64,000 nt of DNA from Myxococcota bacterium. GTDB taxonomy: Bacteria; Myxococcota_A; UBA9160; UBA6930. Position 1 is the first letter of the stretch, and every line of letters begins with the position of its first letter. Positions 8,956 to 17,965 of this stretch are shown in pieces. The position numbers and the translations under genes were made by a program. The notes below the pieces were generated by a model that was not told where the DNA came from, did no database searches, and saw only the letters and a list, made by a program, of their open reading frames with translations. Where the stretch lies: positions 32,001 to 96,000 of the forward strand of contig OZ245015.1 of NCBI GenBank assembly GCA_965223705.1. The letters run 5' to 3'.

Positions 8956-9447
8956 CTAGCGACGTGCGCGAGCGCGCGTCGTCTTTCGCCGGGCCGTGGT
9001 CGTCTTCCGCCGCGCGGTCTTCTTGCGCGCCGTAGCCTTCTTGCGCGTGGTCTTCTTGCGGGCGGTCGCCTTCTTTCGCGTCGCCTTCTTGCGACCGGTC
9101 GCTCGACGCGCGGTCTTCTTCCTCGCGGGCTTGCGGGTCGTCTTCTTGCGCGTGGTCTTCTTGCGCGCCGTGCTCTTGCGCCGCGTCGCCTTCTTGCGCG
9201 TCGCTTTCTTCCGACCCGTCCCGCGTCGCGCCATCTTCGTGCGCGCTACGTCACCGTCTTTGTCGATGAAGTAGAGCCAGCCCTCTTCGCGTTCGACTCC
9301 CGCCTTGGCGACGACTTCGCGTCGGCCTCGGCCGGGCTTCCCGCCTCCGCGCGCCATCGGCGCTCGACTCACGTGACCCTTCTTGTCGAGGTAATAGAGC
9401 CAACCCTTGGCTCGTCGGACACCGGTTTTCGCAACCTTTGTGGCCAT
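8956..9447 (-). CDS. Histone-H1-like basic protein with duplicated N-terminal domain (putative nucleoid-associated protein)
   Basis: Two repeats of VAK.GV.R..GWLY..DK.G.V.R..MAR.G followed by about 85 aa of RKKAT/RKKTT repeats; GAGGAG RBS. Confidence 0.8.
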   Translation of the reverse strand: MATKVAKTGVRRAKGWLYYLDKKGHVSRAPMARGGGKPGRGRREVVAKAGVEREEGWLYFIDKDGDVARTKMARRGTGRKKATRKKATRRKSTARKKTTRKKTTRKPARKKTARRATGRKKATRKKATARKKTTRKKATARKKTARRKTTTARRKTTRARARR

Positions 9448-9561
9448 TGGTTTCTCCTCGCTCGCTGTGCGGCGATCTCTTTTTCCACTCTGTTCGCAAC
9501 AAAGTCCGCTGGAGGGGTGGCGGACGCGGGGGGATCCCGTCGCTATCGACGGAATGGGCGG

Positions 9562-9590
9562 ATCATCGGTCGCTCCACCGACGGTGTCAA
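9562..9590 (-). promoter_or_regulatory. Sigma70-type promoter of the H1-like gene
   Basis: Minus strand TTGACA-17 nt-GATGAT (perfect -35, 4/6 -10). Confidence 0.6.
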
Positions 9591-9605
9591 TGGTTTTCCG
9601 GAGCC

Positions 9606-10565
9606 TTACACCTCGGAGTTGCGACTCGCGCGAGCTTCCACAGCGTCGATGACGCGAGCGGGATAGTCGATGCCGTCGAGGCGCGTCATCTCTTGGATAC
9701 CCGTCGGGCTCGTCACGTTGATCTCGGTGAGACGGCCGCCGATCACGTCGATACCGACGAAGAACAACCCGTCGCGCCGCAGACTCGCCGCGATCCGCGA
9801 GACGATTCGGTGGTCGGCGTCGTCGAGTTCCGCCCGAGCGGCTCTGCCACCGACATGGAGGTTCGCTCGTGCCTCGCCCTCGGCGGGCACGCGCAACACG
9901 GCACCGAGCGGCTCTCCATCGAGGAGCAGGACGCGCTTGTCGCCCTCTTTCACCTCGGGCAGGAAGCGCTGGGCCATGGCCCGTCGCGTGCCGAAGGCGG
10001 TGCTTTGCTCGAGGAGGGATTGCAGGTTGGCGTCGCCGCGCCGCAGGACGAAGATGCCCTCGCCGCCGCGACCGTCGAGCGGCTTGATGATCATTTCTCC
10101 GCCGAGCTCATCGAGGAATCCGATCAATCGTTCGCGCGAAGACGTGACCAGGGTCTCGGCCATCAGCTCGGGGAAATGCAGCGCGTAGAGTTTTTCGTTG
10201 GAGGACAGAATGCCCTCGGGACGGTTCAGCACCGTCGCGCGGTGACACAGCGTGAGGATTTGCGTCGCTGTGACGTATTCCGCATCGACCGGCGGGTCTT
10301 TGCGTTGCCAGACCACATCCGCCGCATCATCCAGCACCACGTCCTCGGGGTCGCCCAGGGAGGCCGGCTTCCCGGCGACGCGCTGAAGCGCCATCGGATA
10401 GATTCGAGCCGTCGCGCGGCCTCCTTCGACGCCGAGATCGCCGGGGTCGGCGTAGTAGACCCGATGACCGCGCGACTGTGCTTCGATCGCTAATGCAAAG
10501 GTGGTGTCCGCGTCGATATCCATGATCGACGGCGGGTCCATGACGAAGACCAGTCGAAGCCCCAT
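9606..10565 (-). CDS. gshB: Glutathione synthetase
   Basis: FVMDP, DTT, RKDPPVD, NEKL, KPLDG.GG, GD.RV, RANL..GG, EINVTSPTG. Confidence 0.97.
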   Translation of the reverse strand: MGLRLVFVMDPPSIMDIDADTTFALAIEAQSRGHRVYYADPGDLGVEGGRATARIYPMALQRVAGKPASLGDPEDVVLDDAADVVWQRKDPPVDAEYVTATQILTLCHRATVLNRPEGILSSNEKLYALHFPELMAETLVTSSRERLIGFLDELGGEMIIKPLDGRGGEGIFVLRRGDANLQSLLEQSTAFGTRRAMAQRFLPEVKEGDKRVLLLDGEPLGAVLRVPAEGEARANLHVGGRAARAELDDADHRIVSRIAASLRRDGLFFVGIDVIGGRLTEINVTSPTGIQEMTRLDGIDYPARVIDAVEARASRNSEV

Positions 10566-10631
10566 GGGGTCAGTCGGTAGCGCACGCGCTGGGGCGTCGG
10601 CTACGGTCGCCCACCCCCGAGGAGTTTTCCT

Positions 10632-13112
10632 GTGGCTCGAGGCCGCTTCCGGGTCCTGCGTTTCCTTCTGATCGGCTGCTTCGCGGTGGGCACACTCGCC
10701 GTTGCGGGTGGTATTGCCCTCTATTTTGTCTTGTTGCGGGATCTACCGGATCTGGCCCCGCTCGAGGACTATCGCCCGGCCCTGACGAGCGTCGTCCTCG
10801 ACCGAAGCGGCCAAACGGTCGGCGAGTTCTACGAGCACCGGCGCAGGATCACCCCCTTGGCCGAGCTGCCGAACCATCTGATCCAGGCCTTTGTCGCCGC
10901 CGAAGACGACACGTTCTACGAACACGCCGGCGTCGATTACGTCTCCATCGCGCGCGCTGCGTGGGCAAACCTGCGCGCCGGAGGTGAGACTCGGCAAGGC
11001 GCGAGCACGATCACCCAGCAGATGGTGAAGCAGCTCCTGCTGTCCCCTGAGCGGACCTATCGCCGCAAGCTGCGCGAGATGATCCTCGCGAGGCGTATCG
11101 AGCAGCGCTTCAGCAAGGACGAAATCCTCTTCCTGTATCTGAACGAGATCTATTTCGGATCTGGGGCGTACGGGGTCGGCGAGGCCGCGCGGACGTACTT
11201 CGCCAAGGACGTGCGAACGATCACGGTGTCGGAGGCGGCGCTCCTCGCGGGCCTGCCCAAAGCTCCCGGGCGGAATTCTCCCTACCGCAACCCGGAGCGC
11301 GCCGAAGCGCGGCGTCGCTACGTCGTCGAGCGGATGTTCGAGGAGGGCTACATCGACGCTGCGACCTACGCGGTCGCCGAGGCGGAGCAACCCGAGCTCG
11401 CGGCACCTCCCGGCGAGAGCGATTTCGACGTAGCCGCGTACTTCGTCGAAGAAGTGCGACGCAGCCTCGTCGAGCAGCTGGGCAACGAAACGGTGCTCCG
11501 TGGAGGGCTCACCGTCGAGACGACGCTCGACCTCGATTTGCAGCGAGCGGCCGTGGGGTCGGTACAGGGCGGCCTGACGCAACTCGATCGTCGCCAGGGC
11601 TACGCGGGCCCCGTGCGTCGTGTCGAACTCGCGGACCGCGACGCAGAGCTCGAACGGCTGGCGCAGCAGAACGACCTCCTGAGTGTAGAAGGCGAGCTCC
11701 TCGCCGAGTTCCCCGAGCGCGAGGCTCTGCTCGGCCTGGTCCTAGGCGTCGACCGTCGATCGCAGACTGCGGAGATCGGATTCGCGCCGGGCTTCTACGG
11801 AACTGCGCACCTCGATGACGTCGCCTGGGCCCGTCCCCGCGATCTCAAGACGCGCGCTCGCGACATGAAAGCGATCGCCGAGATCTTTTCGGTCGGCGAC
11901 GTCGCGCACTTCCGGCCCGTTCCGAACCCGGACGAAGGTGACGACGCCCTTCGGGTCGCGCTGGTGCAGACACCGGAAGCCCAGGCGGCCCTGCTGTCGT
12001 TCGACCTCGAAAGCGGGGAAGTGCTCGCCATGGTCGGGGGCTACGACTTCGCGGCTTCGGAGTTCAACCGCGCGACCCAAGCCCTCCGCCAACCCGGCTC
12101 GGCATTCAAGCCGCTCATCTACGCCGCTGCGCTCCACCACGGCTATACGCCGGCTTCGATCCTCTACGACCGGCCCGTCGTCTACGAAGACAAGACGACA
12201 GGCTTCGTATGGCGTCCCGAGAACTACGGGCGCCGCTTTCTCGGGCCGCTCACCATGACCGAGGCATTGGCCCGCTCTGTCAACAACGCGACGATTCATC
12301 TGTTGCGCGACGTCGGTGTCAGCAAGGTGATTCGCTTCGCGCGACAACTCGGAATCGAGTCTCCTCTCACGAAAGACCTCTCCCTCGCGTTGGGCTCGAG
12401 CCCCGTGACGCTCCTCGAGCTGACCCGCGCGTACGCCGTGCTGGCCGCTTCCGGAAAGCGCGTGACGCCGCGTTTCGTGCGGCGTGTGCTCGATCGCGAC
12501 GGCGAGGTATTGCTCCAGAACTTGGAGCTCCGCGCCGGCGGGGACCCGCAGGCAGCCGACCGTCTCGATCGCGAGACCGTGGCCTTCGCAGGAGACGAGA
12601 CGGACCTCACCGCACCCGACGGTGAGGGTCGGATTCTGCAGGAGCAAGAGGCCTATCTCGCGGGGAGACTCGTTCGAGCGGTAGTGGATCATCCCCGAGG
12701 CACGGGACGGCGCGCGCGCGCGCTCGGTCGACCGCTCGGCGGAAAGACCGGCACGACCAACGACCAAGGCGACGCCTGGTTCGTCGGCTTTTCGCCCGAG
12801 ATCGTGACCGGCGTCTGGGTGGGATTCGATTCCAAACAAGTCTTGGGGGTCAGTGAGACCGGCGGACGCGCCGCGCTTCCGATTTGGCTCGACTACATGA
12901 AAGCCGCCCTCGCCAACCGCCCGGTTCGCGACTTCGCGATTCCCGAGGGCATCGTATTCGCGCGGGTCGACGCGAAGACCGGCGAGCTCGCCAGCAATCG
13001 CAGTGAAGCGACGGACTTTCTCGCGTTTATTTCCGGCACCGAGCCCCGGCGAGACCGCACGGCGGGCACGACCACCGCCGAGGATCGCCGCGGCCTCCGA
13101 AGCGACTTCTAG
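10632..13112 (+). CDS. mrcA: Class A penicillin-binding protein 1A
   Basis: N-terminal TM; transglycosylase motifs EDDTF..H.G, GASTITQQ, RKLRE; transpeptidase motifs SAFK, SVN, KTGT. Confidence 0.95.
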   Translation: MARGRFRVLRFLLIGCFAVGTLAVAGGIALYFVLLRDLPDLAPLEDYRPALTSVVLDRSGQTVGEFYEHRRRITPLAELPNHLIQAFVAAEDDTFYEHAGVDYVSIARAAWANLRAGGETRQGASTITQQMVKQLLLSPERTYRRKLREMILARRIEQRFSKDEILFLYLNEIYFGSGAYGVGEAARTYFAKDVRTITVSEAALLAGLPKAPGRNSPYRNPERAEARRRYVVERMFEEGYIDAATYAVAEAEQPELAAPPGESDFDVAAYFVEEVRRSLVEQLGNETVLRGGLTVETTLDLDLQRAAVGSVQGGLTQLDRRQGYAGPVRRVELADRDAELERLAQQNDLLSVEGELLAEFPEREALLGLVLGVDRRSQTAEIGFAPGFYGTAHLDDVAWARPRDLKTRARDMKAIAEIFSVGDVAHFRPVPNPDEGDDALRVALVQTPEAQAALLSFDLESGEVLAMVGGYDFAASEFNRATQALRQPGSAFKPLIYAAALHHGYTPASILYDRPVVYEDKTTGFVWRPENYGRRFLGPLTMTEALARSVNNATIHLLRDVGVSKVIRFARQLGIESPLTKDLSLALGSSPVTLLELTRAYAVLAASGKRVTPRFVRRVLDRDGEVLLQNLELRAGGDPQAADRLDRETVAFAGDETDLTAPDGEGRILQEQEAYLAGRLVRAVVDHPRGTGRRARALGRPLGGKTGTTNDQGDAWFVGFSPEIVTGVWVGFDSKQVLGVSETGGRAALPIWLDYMKAALANRPVRDFAIPEGIVFARVDAKTGELASNRSEATDFLAFISGTEPRRDRTAGTTTAEDRRGLRSDF

Positions 13113-13117
13113 GCCCC

Positions 13118-14257
13118 ATGGAAACCGGATCGACACACGGCGCAGAGATACACGCGGCCACTCTCTCGGGGCGGCTGGCGACGCTGCGGGAGAAGACGGC
13201 GATCGAGCACGTCGCGCTCCTCGTGTGCGAGTCCGCCGAAAGCGCACGAATCGTCGCGGCCGACGGCCCCGACCGAGAGTCGCGTACCCGCCCGGGCGCT
13301 TCGTTTCCGTTGCAAGCGGGCGCGCTCGCGAGCCGCGGGGCGCGCGACGTCTCCGATTTGGGAGACGAGGGGAAACCGCTCAAAGATTTAGGCTTTTCGG
13401 GCATCGCCTTCGTTGCACTCGGCATCGACGGGGAGCGCGTACTCCTCGCCGCCGGCGGTCCCTCGGGAAAGGCTTTGCGCCCGAGAGACCTCGCCGAACT
13501 CGACGCGCTGGCCAAGCAGCTGGCGCGCGACGCGTCGAGCGAAAGCCTTTCCGAAAAGCTTGAAGGACTCGACGAGCAAGTCCGCGAGCTCGATCGGTTG
13601 GCCGCCCTCGGAAGTCTCGTCGCGGAGATCGTCCACGAAATCCGGAACCCCTTGGTCTCCGTGAAAACCCTGCTCGAGCTCCTGCCCGAACAGGGAGACG
13701 ACCCCGAGCTCATCGAAGATTTCCTACCCGTCGCACTCGATGAAGTGCGCCGCGTCGAACGCCTCCTCGAGAACGTGCTGACCCACGCCCGGCCGAGTTC
13801 GCGATCCGGAAACGCCGCAGTCGGCGAGGCGATGACCTCCGTGGTCGGGCTTCTCTCTCAACGCGCGCGCGCGCGTGTCGTCGAACTCGAGAGCGACTGC
13901 GAGAAAACGTTGCCGCCGGCGAAGATCGACGACGACAGCCTGCGCCAGGTGCTCCTCAACCTGGCGATCAATGCGATCGACGCGTCGCCCGAAGGGGGGC
14001 GTGTTCGAATCGTCGCTCGCAGGGAGGGCGACCGGCTGACGATCGACGTGAGCGATGAGGGCCCGGGCGTTCCGAAGGCGTTGCGAGAAAAACTCTTCGA
14101 ACCGTTCTTCTCGACCAAGCGTGACGCCGCTGGCGGCCTCGGGCTCGCGATCTCGAAACGGCTGGCGGACGCGTGCGGCGGACAACTCTCGGTGCGAGAC
14201 GCGGACGGCGGCGGGGCGTGTTTCCGCTTGGAAGTCCCGGCTGCCACGTCGGCCTAG
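13118..14257 (+). CDS. Cytoplasmic sensor histidine kinase
   Basis: H-box HEIRNPL, N-box QVLLNLAINA, DEGPG, FEPFFSTK, GLGLAIS; no TM segment. Confidence 0.9.
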   Translation: METGSTHGAEIHAATLSGRLATLREKTAIEHVALLVCESAESARIVAADGPDRESRTRPGASFPLQAGALASRGARDVSDLGDEGKPLKDLGFSGIAFVALGIDGERVLLAAGGPSGKALRPRDLAELDALAKQLARDASSESLSEKLEGLDEQVRELDRLAALGSLVAEIVHEIRNPLVSVKTLLELLPEQGDDPELIEDFLPVALDEVRRVERLLENVLTHARPSSRSGNAAVGEAMTSVVGLLSQRARARVVELESDCEKTLPPAKIDDDSLRQVLLNLAINAIDASPEGGRVRIVARREGDRLTIDVSDEGPGVPKALREKLFEPFFSTKRDAAGGLGLAISKRLADACGGQLSVRDADGGGACFRLEVPAATSA

Positions 14258-14313
14258 AAGCGCTCGAACCAGCGGCTGCCACGTCGGCCTAGAAGCGTTC
14301 GAACCAGCGGCTG
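14238..14313. repeat. 35-nt tandem duplication at a convergent gene junction
   Basis: CGGCTGCCACGTCGGCCTAGAAGCG(C/T)TCGAACCAG twice, plus a partial third copy. Confidence 0.9.
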
Positions 14314-14915
14314 GCAAACCGTCCGACGTCGGCCAACCCACTCGAAAAGAAATGATCCGCGCCTTCGATCACGTCGAGGGTCGCCTGGGCCGCACCCTCG
14401 CAGTGCGCCTCGAGATCTGCGAGGGCGGCGATGTCGTCGTCCTCGGCAGCGATGATCAAACACGGCGCCTCGAGATTGCGGATCGCGTCGTCCGGCAGAT
14501 ACATCGGCGGCGGCGCCACGAGGAGAATCCCGGTGACGCGAGGCTCGGTCGCGGCCGAGCGCAGCGCCGCGACCGAGCCAAAGGAATAGCCACCGACGAT
14601 GAGGTCCCCGTCGACCGTCTCCGCCAGATGCGCGAGAGCGGCGCGGTAATCCGCATCGGCGTGCTCGGCCTCGCCGCTCCGTTCCCCGGCGCTTGCGCCG
14701 ACACCGCGCCAGTTGAAGCGCAGCGACGCGAGTTCGTGCTTCCCTGCGGCATAGGCCACTTCATTCACCACGGGCGAGTCCATGCTGCCCCCGTACAAGG
14801 GGTGCGGCGGCGCCATCACAACACCGTGCGCCGACTTCCCAGACAGGAACAAACCCTCGAGAATCTCTCCCTCGCCGGCCGGGGCGATCGTCACCATTCG
14901 CTCATCGCTCGTCAT
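14289..14915 (-). CDS. Alpha/beta-fold hydrolase
   Basis: PHPLYGGSM, RFNWRGVG.S, nucleophile GYSFG, DHFF. Confidence 0.9.
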   Translation of the reverse strand: MTSDERMVTIAPAGEGEILEGLFLSGKSAHGVVMAPPHPLYGGSMDSPVVNEVAYAAGKHELASLRFNWRGVGASAGERSGEAEHADADYRAALAHLAETVDGDLIVGGYSFGSVAALRSAATEPRVTGILLVAPPPMYLPDDAIRNLEAPCLIIAAEDDDIAALADLEAHCEGAAQATLDVIEGADHFFSSGLADVGRFASRWFERF

Positions 14916-14941
14916 GTGTCTCTCCGGCTAAGCTCGCCTGT

Positions 14942-15460
14942 ATGAGTGAACGCGTAGCCTACCAGGGCCGGGTTCTGCAGGTCCTCGTCGAATCCGCTCG
15001 GCTGCCAAACGGCCGGGAAGTCGAGCTCGAGATGATTCACCACCCGGGCGCCTCTGCCGTCGTCCCGTTCGAGACGCCGGAAACCGTGCTTCTGATCCGG
15101 CAGTTCCGCCACGCGGCGGGGGGCGTGATCTGGGAAGTACCGGCGGGAAAACTCGAGGACGAAACACCGGCCGAGTGCGCGGCGCGAGAACTCGTCGAGG
15201 AAGCTGGACGATCGGCGGGCCGACTCGAAAGCCTCGGTAGCGTGCTCACCACGCCGGGATTCACGGACGAAGTCATCCATTTGTTCGCCGCTTACGACCT
15301 GACTCGAGTCGCGACGCAGCACGAAGAGGACGAGTGCATCGAGGTCGTGGCGACCCCGCTCCGCGAAGCCCTCGAGCTCGTCTGGCGGGGCGAGCTGCGC
15401 GATGCGAAAAGTGCCCTCGCGTTGATCCACGCAGCACGGCGCGCGGGGTGCCTTTCGTGA
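14942..15460 (+). CDS. NUDIX hydrolase (ADP-ribose pyrophosphatase-like)
   Basis: HPGA..VVP, QFR, Nudix box EVPAG...ETPAECAARELVEEAG. Confidence 0.92.
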   Translation: MSERVAYQGRVLQVLVESARLPNGREVELEMIHHPGASAVVPFETPETVLLIRQFRHAAGGVIWEVPAGKLEDETPAECAARELVEEAGRSAGRLESLGSVLTTPGFTDEVIHLFAAYDLTRVATQHEEDECIEVVATPLREALELVWRGELRDAKSALALIHAARRAGCLS

Positions 15461-16389
15461 AGCTCGGGGTCGCGTTCGCGTGGCATCACCTGTCGTGGCC
15501 CGAGCTGCTCTCCGTCGTTGCGAAAGCCGAGGCGTTGGGTTTTCAAGCGGCGTTCGTCGACGGCGACGTGTCGCAGCTGCCGAGCCGGGGAGACCACGAC
15601 ATCCTGGACGGCTGGACGGCGACGACCGCCCTGCTCGCAAAGACCGAGCGCATCGAGATCGGCTCCATCCGACTCGTGTATCACTGGAATGCCGCTCGCT
15701 TGGCGCAAGCCGTGGCCACCCTCGAGCGGATCGAACCGGGTCGGCTCCGCTTCATGATCTCGATCGGCGGCCAAGCCTCGGACCGGCGGTTCGGCTTCCC
15801 GAAACTGGGCGCCGGCGAGCGAATCCTCTGGCTGGAAGAAGCACTTCACGTCGTTCGGGGTCTGTGGAAAGGCGAGCGCGTCACGTTCGATGGTCGCTAC
15901 GTCCACGTGTCGGGAGCGCAAGTGCGACCGACCCCCGTCGGCGGCGCGATCCCGATCCAAATCGCTGCCCGGGGACGACGCCTCCTCGAGGTCGTCGCCA
16001 AGCACGGGGACCGTTGGGACATCAACCTGCCGCCGATTCCCGAACGGGTCGCTGTGCCGGTCGCGCACCTGGAACGCGCGTGCCGCCAAATCGAGCGGGA
16101 TCCGGCTTCGATCGAACGCTCTATGTGGATCTTCACCCGGGTCGGGCGAGACGCCACCGATCCCGCGCTCCATGCGGAATTTCGTCGACTCAACCCGTGG
16201 TTCTCGGACGTACCGGATCGCGATCTCCCGCGCGCCGTCGTGGCCGGATCCCCGGAAGCGTGTCGCGCGCGCCTCGAGGAAATCCGGGAACAGCTCGGGC
16301 TCGCGCTCCCCGTCGTGGATTTGTCCGGACTTCCCGTCGAAGAAGCGACGCGCCAGCTCGACGGGCTCGCGCCCCTCACCGCCGTCTGA
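15457..16389 (+). CDS. LLM-class flavin-dependent oxidoreductase
   Basis: GTG overlaps the upstream stop; AEALGF, DGWT...ALLA.T.RI, GR, F.GRY, P.P luciferase-like pattern. Confidence 0.85.
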   Translation: MKLGVAFAWHHLSWPELLSVVAKAEALGFQAAFVDGDVSQLPSRGDHDILDGWTATTALLAKTERIEIGSIRLVYHWNAARLAQAVATLERIEPGRLRFMISIGGQASDRRFGFPKLGAGERILWLEEALHVVRGLWKGERVTFDGRYVHVSGAQVRPTPVGGAIPIQIAARGRRLLEVVAKHGDRWDINLPPIPERVAVPVAHLERACRQIERDPASIERSMWIFTRVGRDATDPALHAEFRRLNPWFSDVPDRDLPRAVVAGSPEACRARLEEIREQLGLALPVVDLSGLPVEEATRQLDGLAPLTAV

Positions 16390-16403
16390 GCTAGGTTCGG
16401 TCC

Positions 16404-17138
16404 ATGTACGGACGAGGCTATCAGTCGGTGAGTTTCGGGCCGCCCACCACGCCGAACATCATCAAGGTCTTGATGATCATCAACGTCGGTGTGTTCATCC
16501 TCCAAGAGCTCTTCGAGAACATGTCGCTCTTCTTTGCGGCGACTCCCGCGCTGTTCTGGACAGAGGGTTATTTCTGGCAGCCGGCCACCTACATGTGGCT
16601 TCACGCGCCAAAGAGCCTCGCGCATATCGGGTTCAACATGTTGGCCTTGTGGATGTTCGGCTCGCCGCTCGCGTCCGCCTGGGGCGACAAACGCTTTCTC
16701 CGCTTCTACTTGTTGTGCGGGATCGGCGCGGGTCTGTTCATCGTCACCTGGCCTGCGTTTCCAGGTTGGTTCGGCGGGCCGAACTCTCCGAGCTATTTCA
16801 TGCCGACCGTCGGCGCTTCCGGGGCGGTGTACGGCGTCCTCCTCGCCTATTCGCTGACGTGGCCCGACCGCACGATCATGCTCTTGTTCCCGCCGATCCC
16901 GATCAAGGCGCTCTATTTCATCCCGTTCCTGTTCCTCATGAGCTACGTGTTCGGCCCGCCGAACTTGAGCCATGTCGGTCATCTGGGCGGCGTCGCTATC
17001 GGTTGGTTGCTCTTTCGGCGCCACCGCGGCGAGGGGCTCCTCCCCTCTTTGTCGTCGCTGAAATACCGTTGGCGCCGCTATCGCATGCGCCGGAATCTCC
17101 GAGCGGTGCGCGACGACGACAGCCCGTGGCAGCACTAG
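16404..17138 (+). CDS. Rhomboid intramembrane serine protease
   Basis: WQ..TY..LH, HI.FNM..LW.FG, catalytic GASG, H..HLGG. Confidence 0.95.
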   Translation: MYGRGYQSVSFGPPTTPNIIKVLMIINVGVFILQELFENMSLFFAATPALFWTEGYFWQPATYMWLHAPKSLAHIGFNMLALWMFGSPLASAWGDKRFLRFYLLCGIGAGLFIVTWPAFPGWFGGPNSPSYFMPTVGASGAVYGVLLAYSLTWPDRTIMLLFPPIPIKALYFIPFLFLMSYVFGPPNLSHVGHLGGVAIGWLLFRRHRGEGLLPSLSSLKYRWRRYRMRRNLRAVRDDDSPWQH

Positions 17139-17142
17139 GCCG

Positions 17143-17952
17143 GTGACCGAAGCCGCTCCGTTCGAGATCACGCGCGAACTCGACTCCGCGATCGACGAAG
17201 CGGCAGAACGGCTGGCGGGCTCCGAGTTTCCCATCGCGCTCACCGGCGCCGGTCTATCCGTCGAAAGCGGAATCCCACCGTTTCGAGGGCCGGGCGGACT
17301 GTGGACGAAGTACGGCGAACCCCCGCTCGACGGCTACCAGCGCTTTATGCGCGATCCCGTCGCCGCCTGGAGAGAACTGCTCGAGCCCTCGGAGCCGTGG
17401 CTCAAGGGACTGCGCAGCACACTCGACCGGGCCGCCCCGAACGACGGCCATCGGGCGCTCGTGGCCCTCGAATCGGCGGGCCTCTTGCGCAGCCTCATCA
17501 CGCAGAACGTCGACGATCTCCACCGCGAAGCCGGACAGCGAGAGCTGCTCGAGATTCACGGAAACTATCGCCTGCTCCGCTGCGTCGGATGTGGTGAACG
17601 CTTTCCCGCCGAGACGATCGAAATCGATCGCGAAAAGCTTCCGCCGGCGTGTCCGAAATGTCAGGCGATGCTCAAGGACGACACCGTGCACTTCGGCGAG
17701 CCGATTCCACCGGCGGTGCTCGTGGCGTGCGAGCGTGCGGCCGAGCGCGCCGATTGCATGCTGGTGGTAGGCACCTCGGCGACGGTCTACCCGGCGGCGG
17801 GTTTCGCCGTCGACATCGCGCGCCGGGGCGGCTGCTTGATCGAAGTGAATCCCGAACCGAGCGATCTCACGGAGCTCGCCACGATCTTCCTGCGCGGGCC
17901 CGCTGGCGCTGTGCTTCGGCGTCTGTCGGAGCGGGCGACCGCTAAGACCTAG
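17143..17952 (+). CDS. cobB: NAD-dependent protein deacylase (sirtuin)
   Basis: TGAGLS.ESGIP.FRG, TQNVD.LH, HG, two CxxC pairs, GTS..VYPAA. Confidence 0.93.
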   Translation: MTEAAPFEITRELDSAIDEAAERLAGSEFPIALTGAGLSVESGIPPFRGPGGLWTKYGEPPLDGYQRFMRDPVAAWRELLEPSEPWLKGLRSTLDRAAPNDGHRALVALESAGLLRSLITQNVDDLHREAGQRELLEIHGNYRLLRCVGCGERFPAETIEIDREKLPPACPKCQAMLKDDTVHFGEPIPPAVLVACERAAERADCMLVVGTSATVYPAAGFAVDIARRGGCLIEVNPEPSDLTELATIFLRGPAGAVLRRLSERATAKT

Positions 17953-17965
17953 CGCGGAGGCGCTC

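Noticed and set aside
17143..17952. Sirtuin as an anti-phage SIR2 effector
   Set aside because: It is a stand-alone classical CobB-type enzyme with a zinc-binding domain among housekeeping genes, with no defence-system partners.
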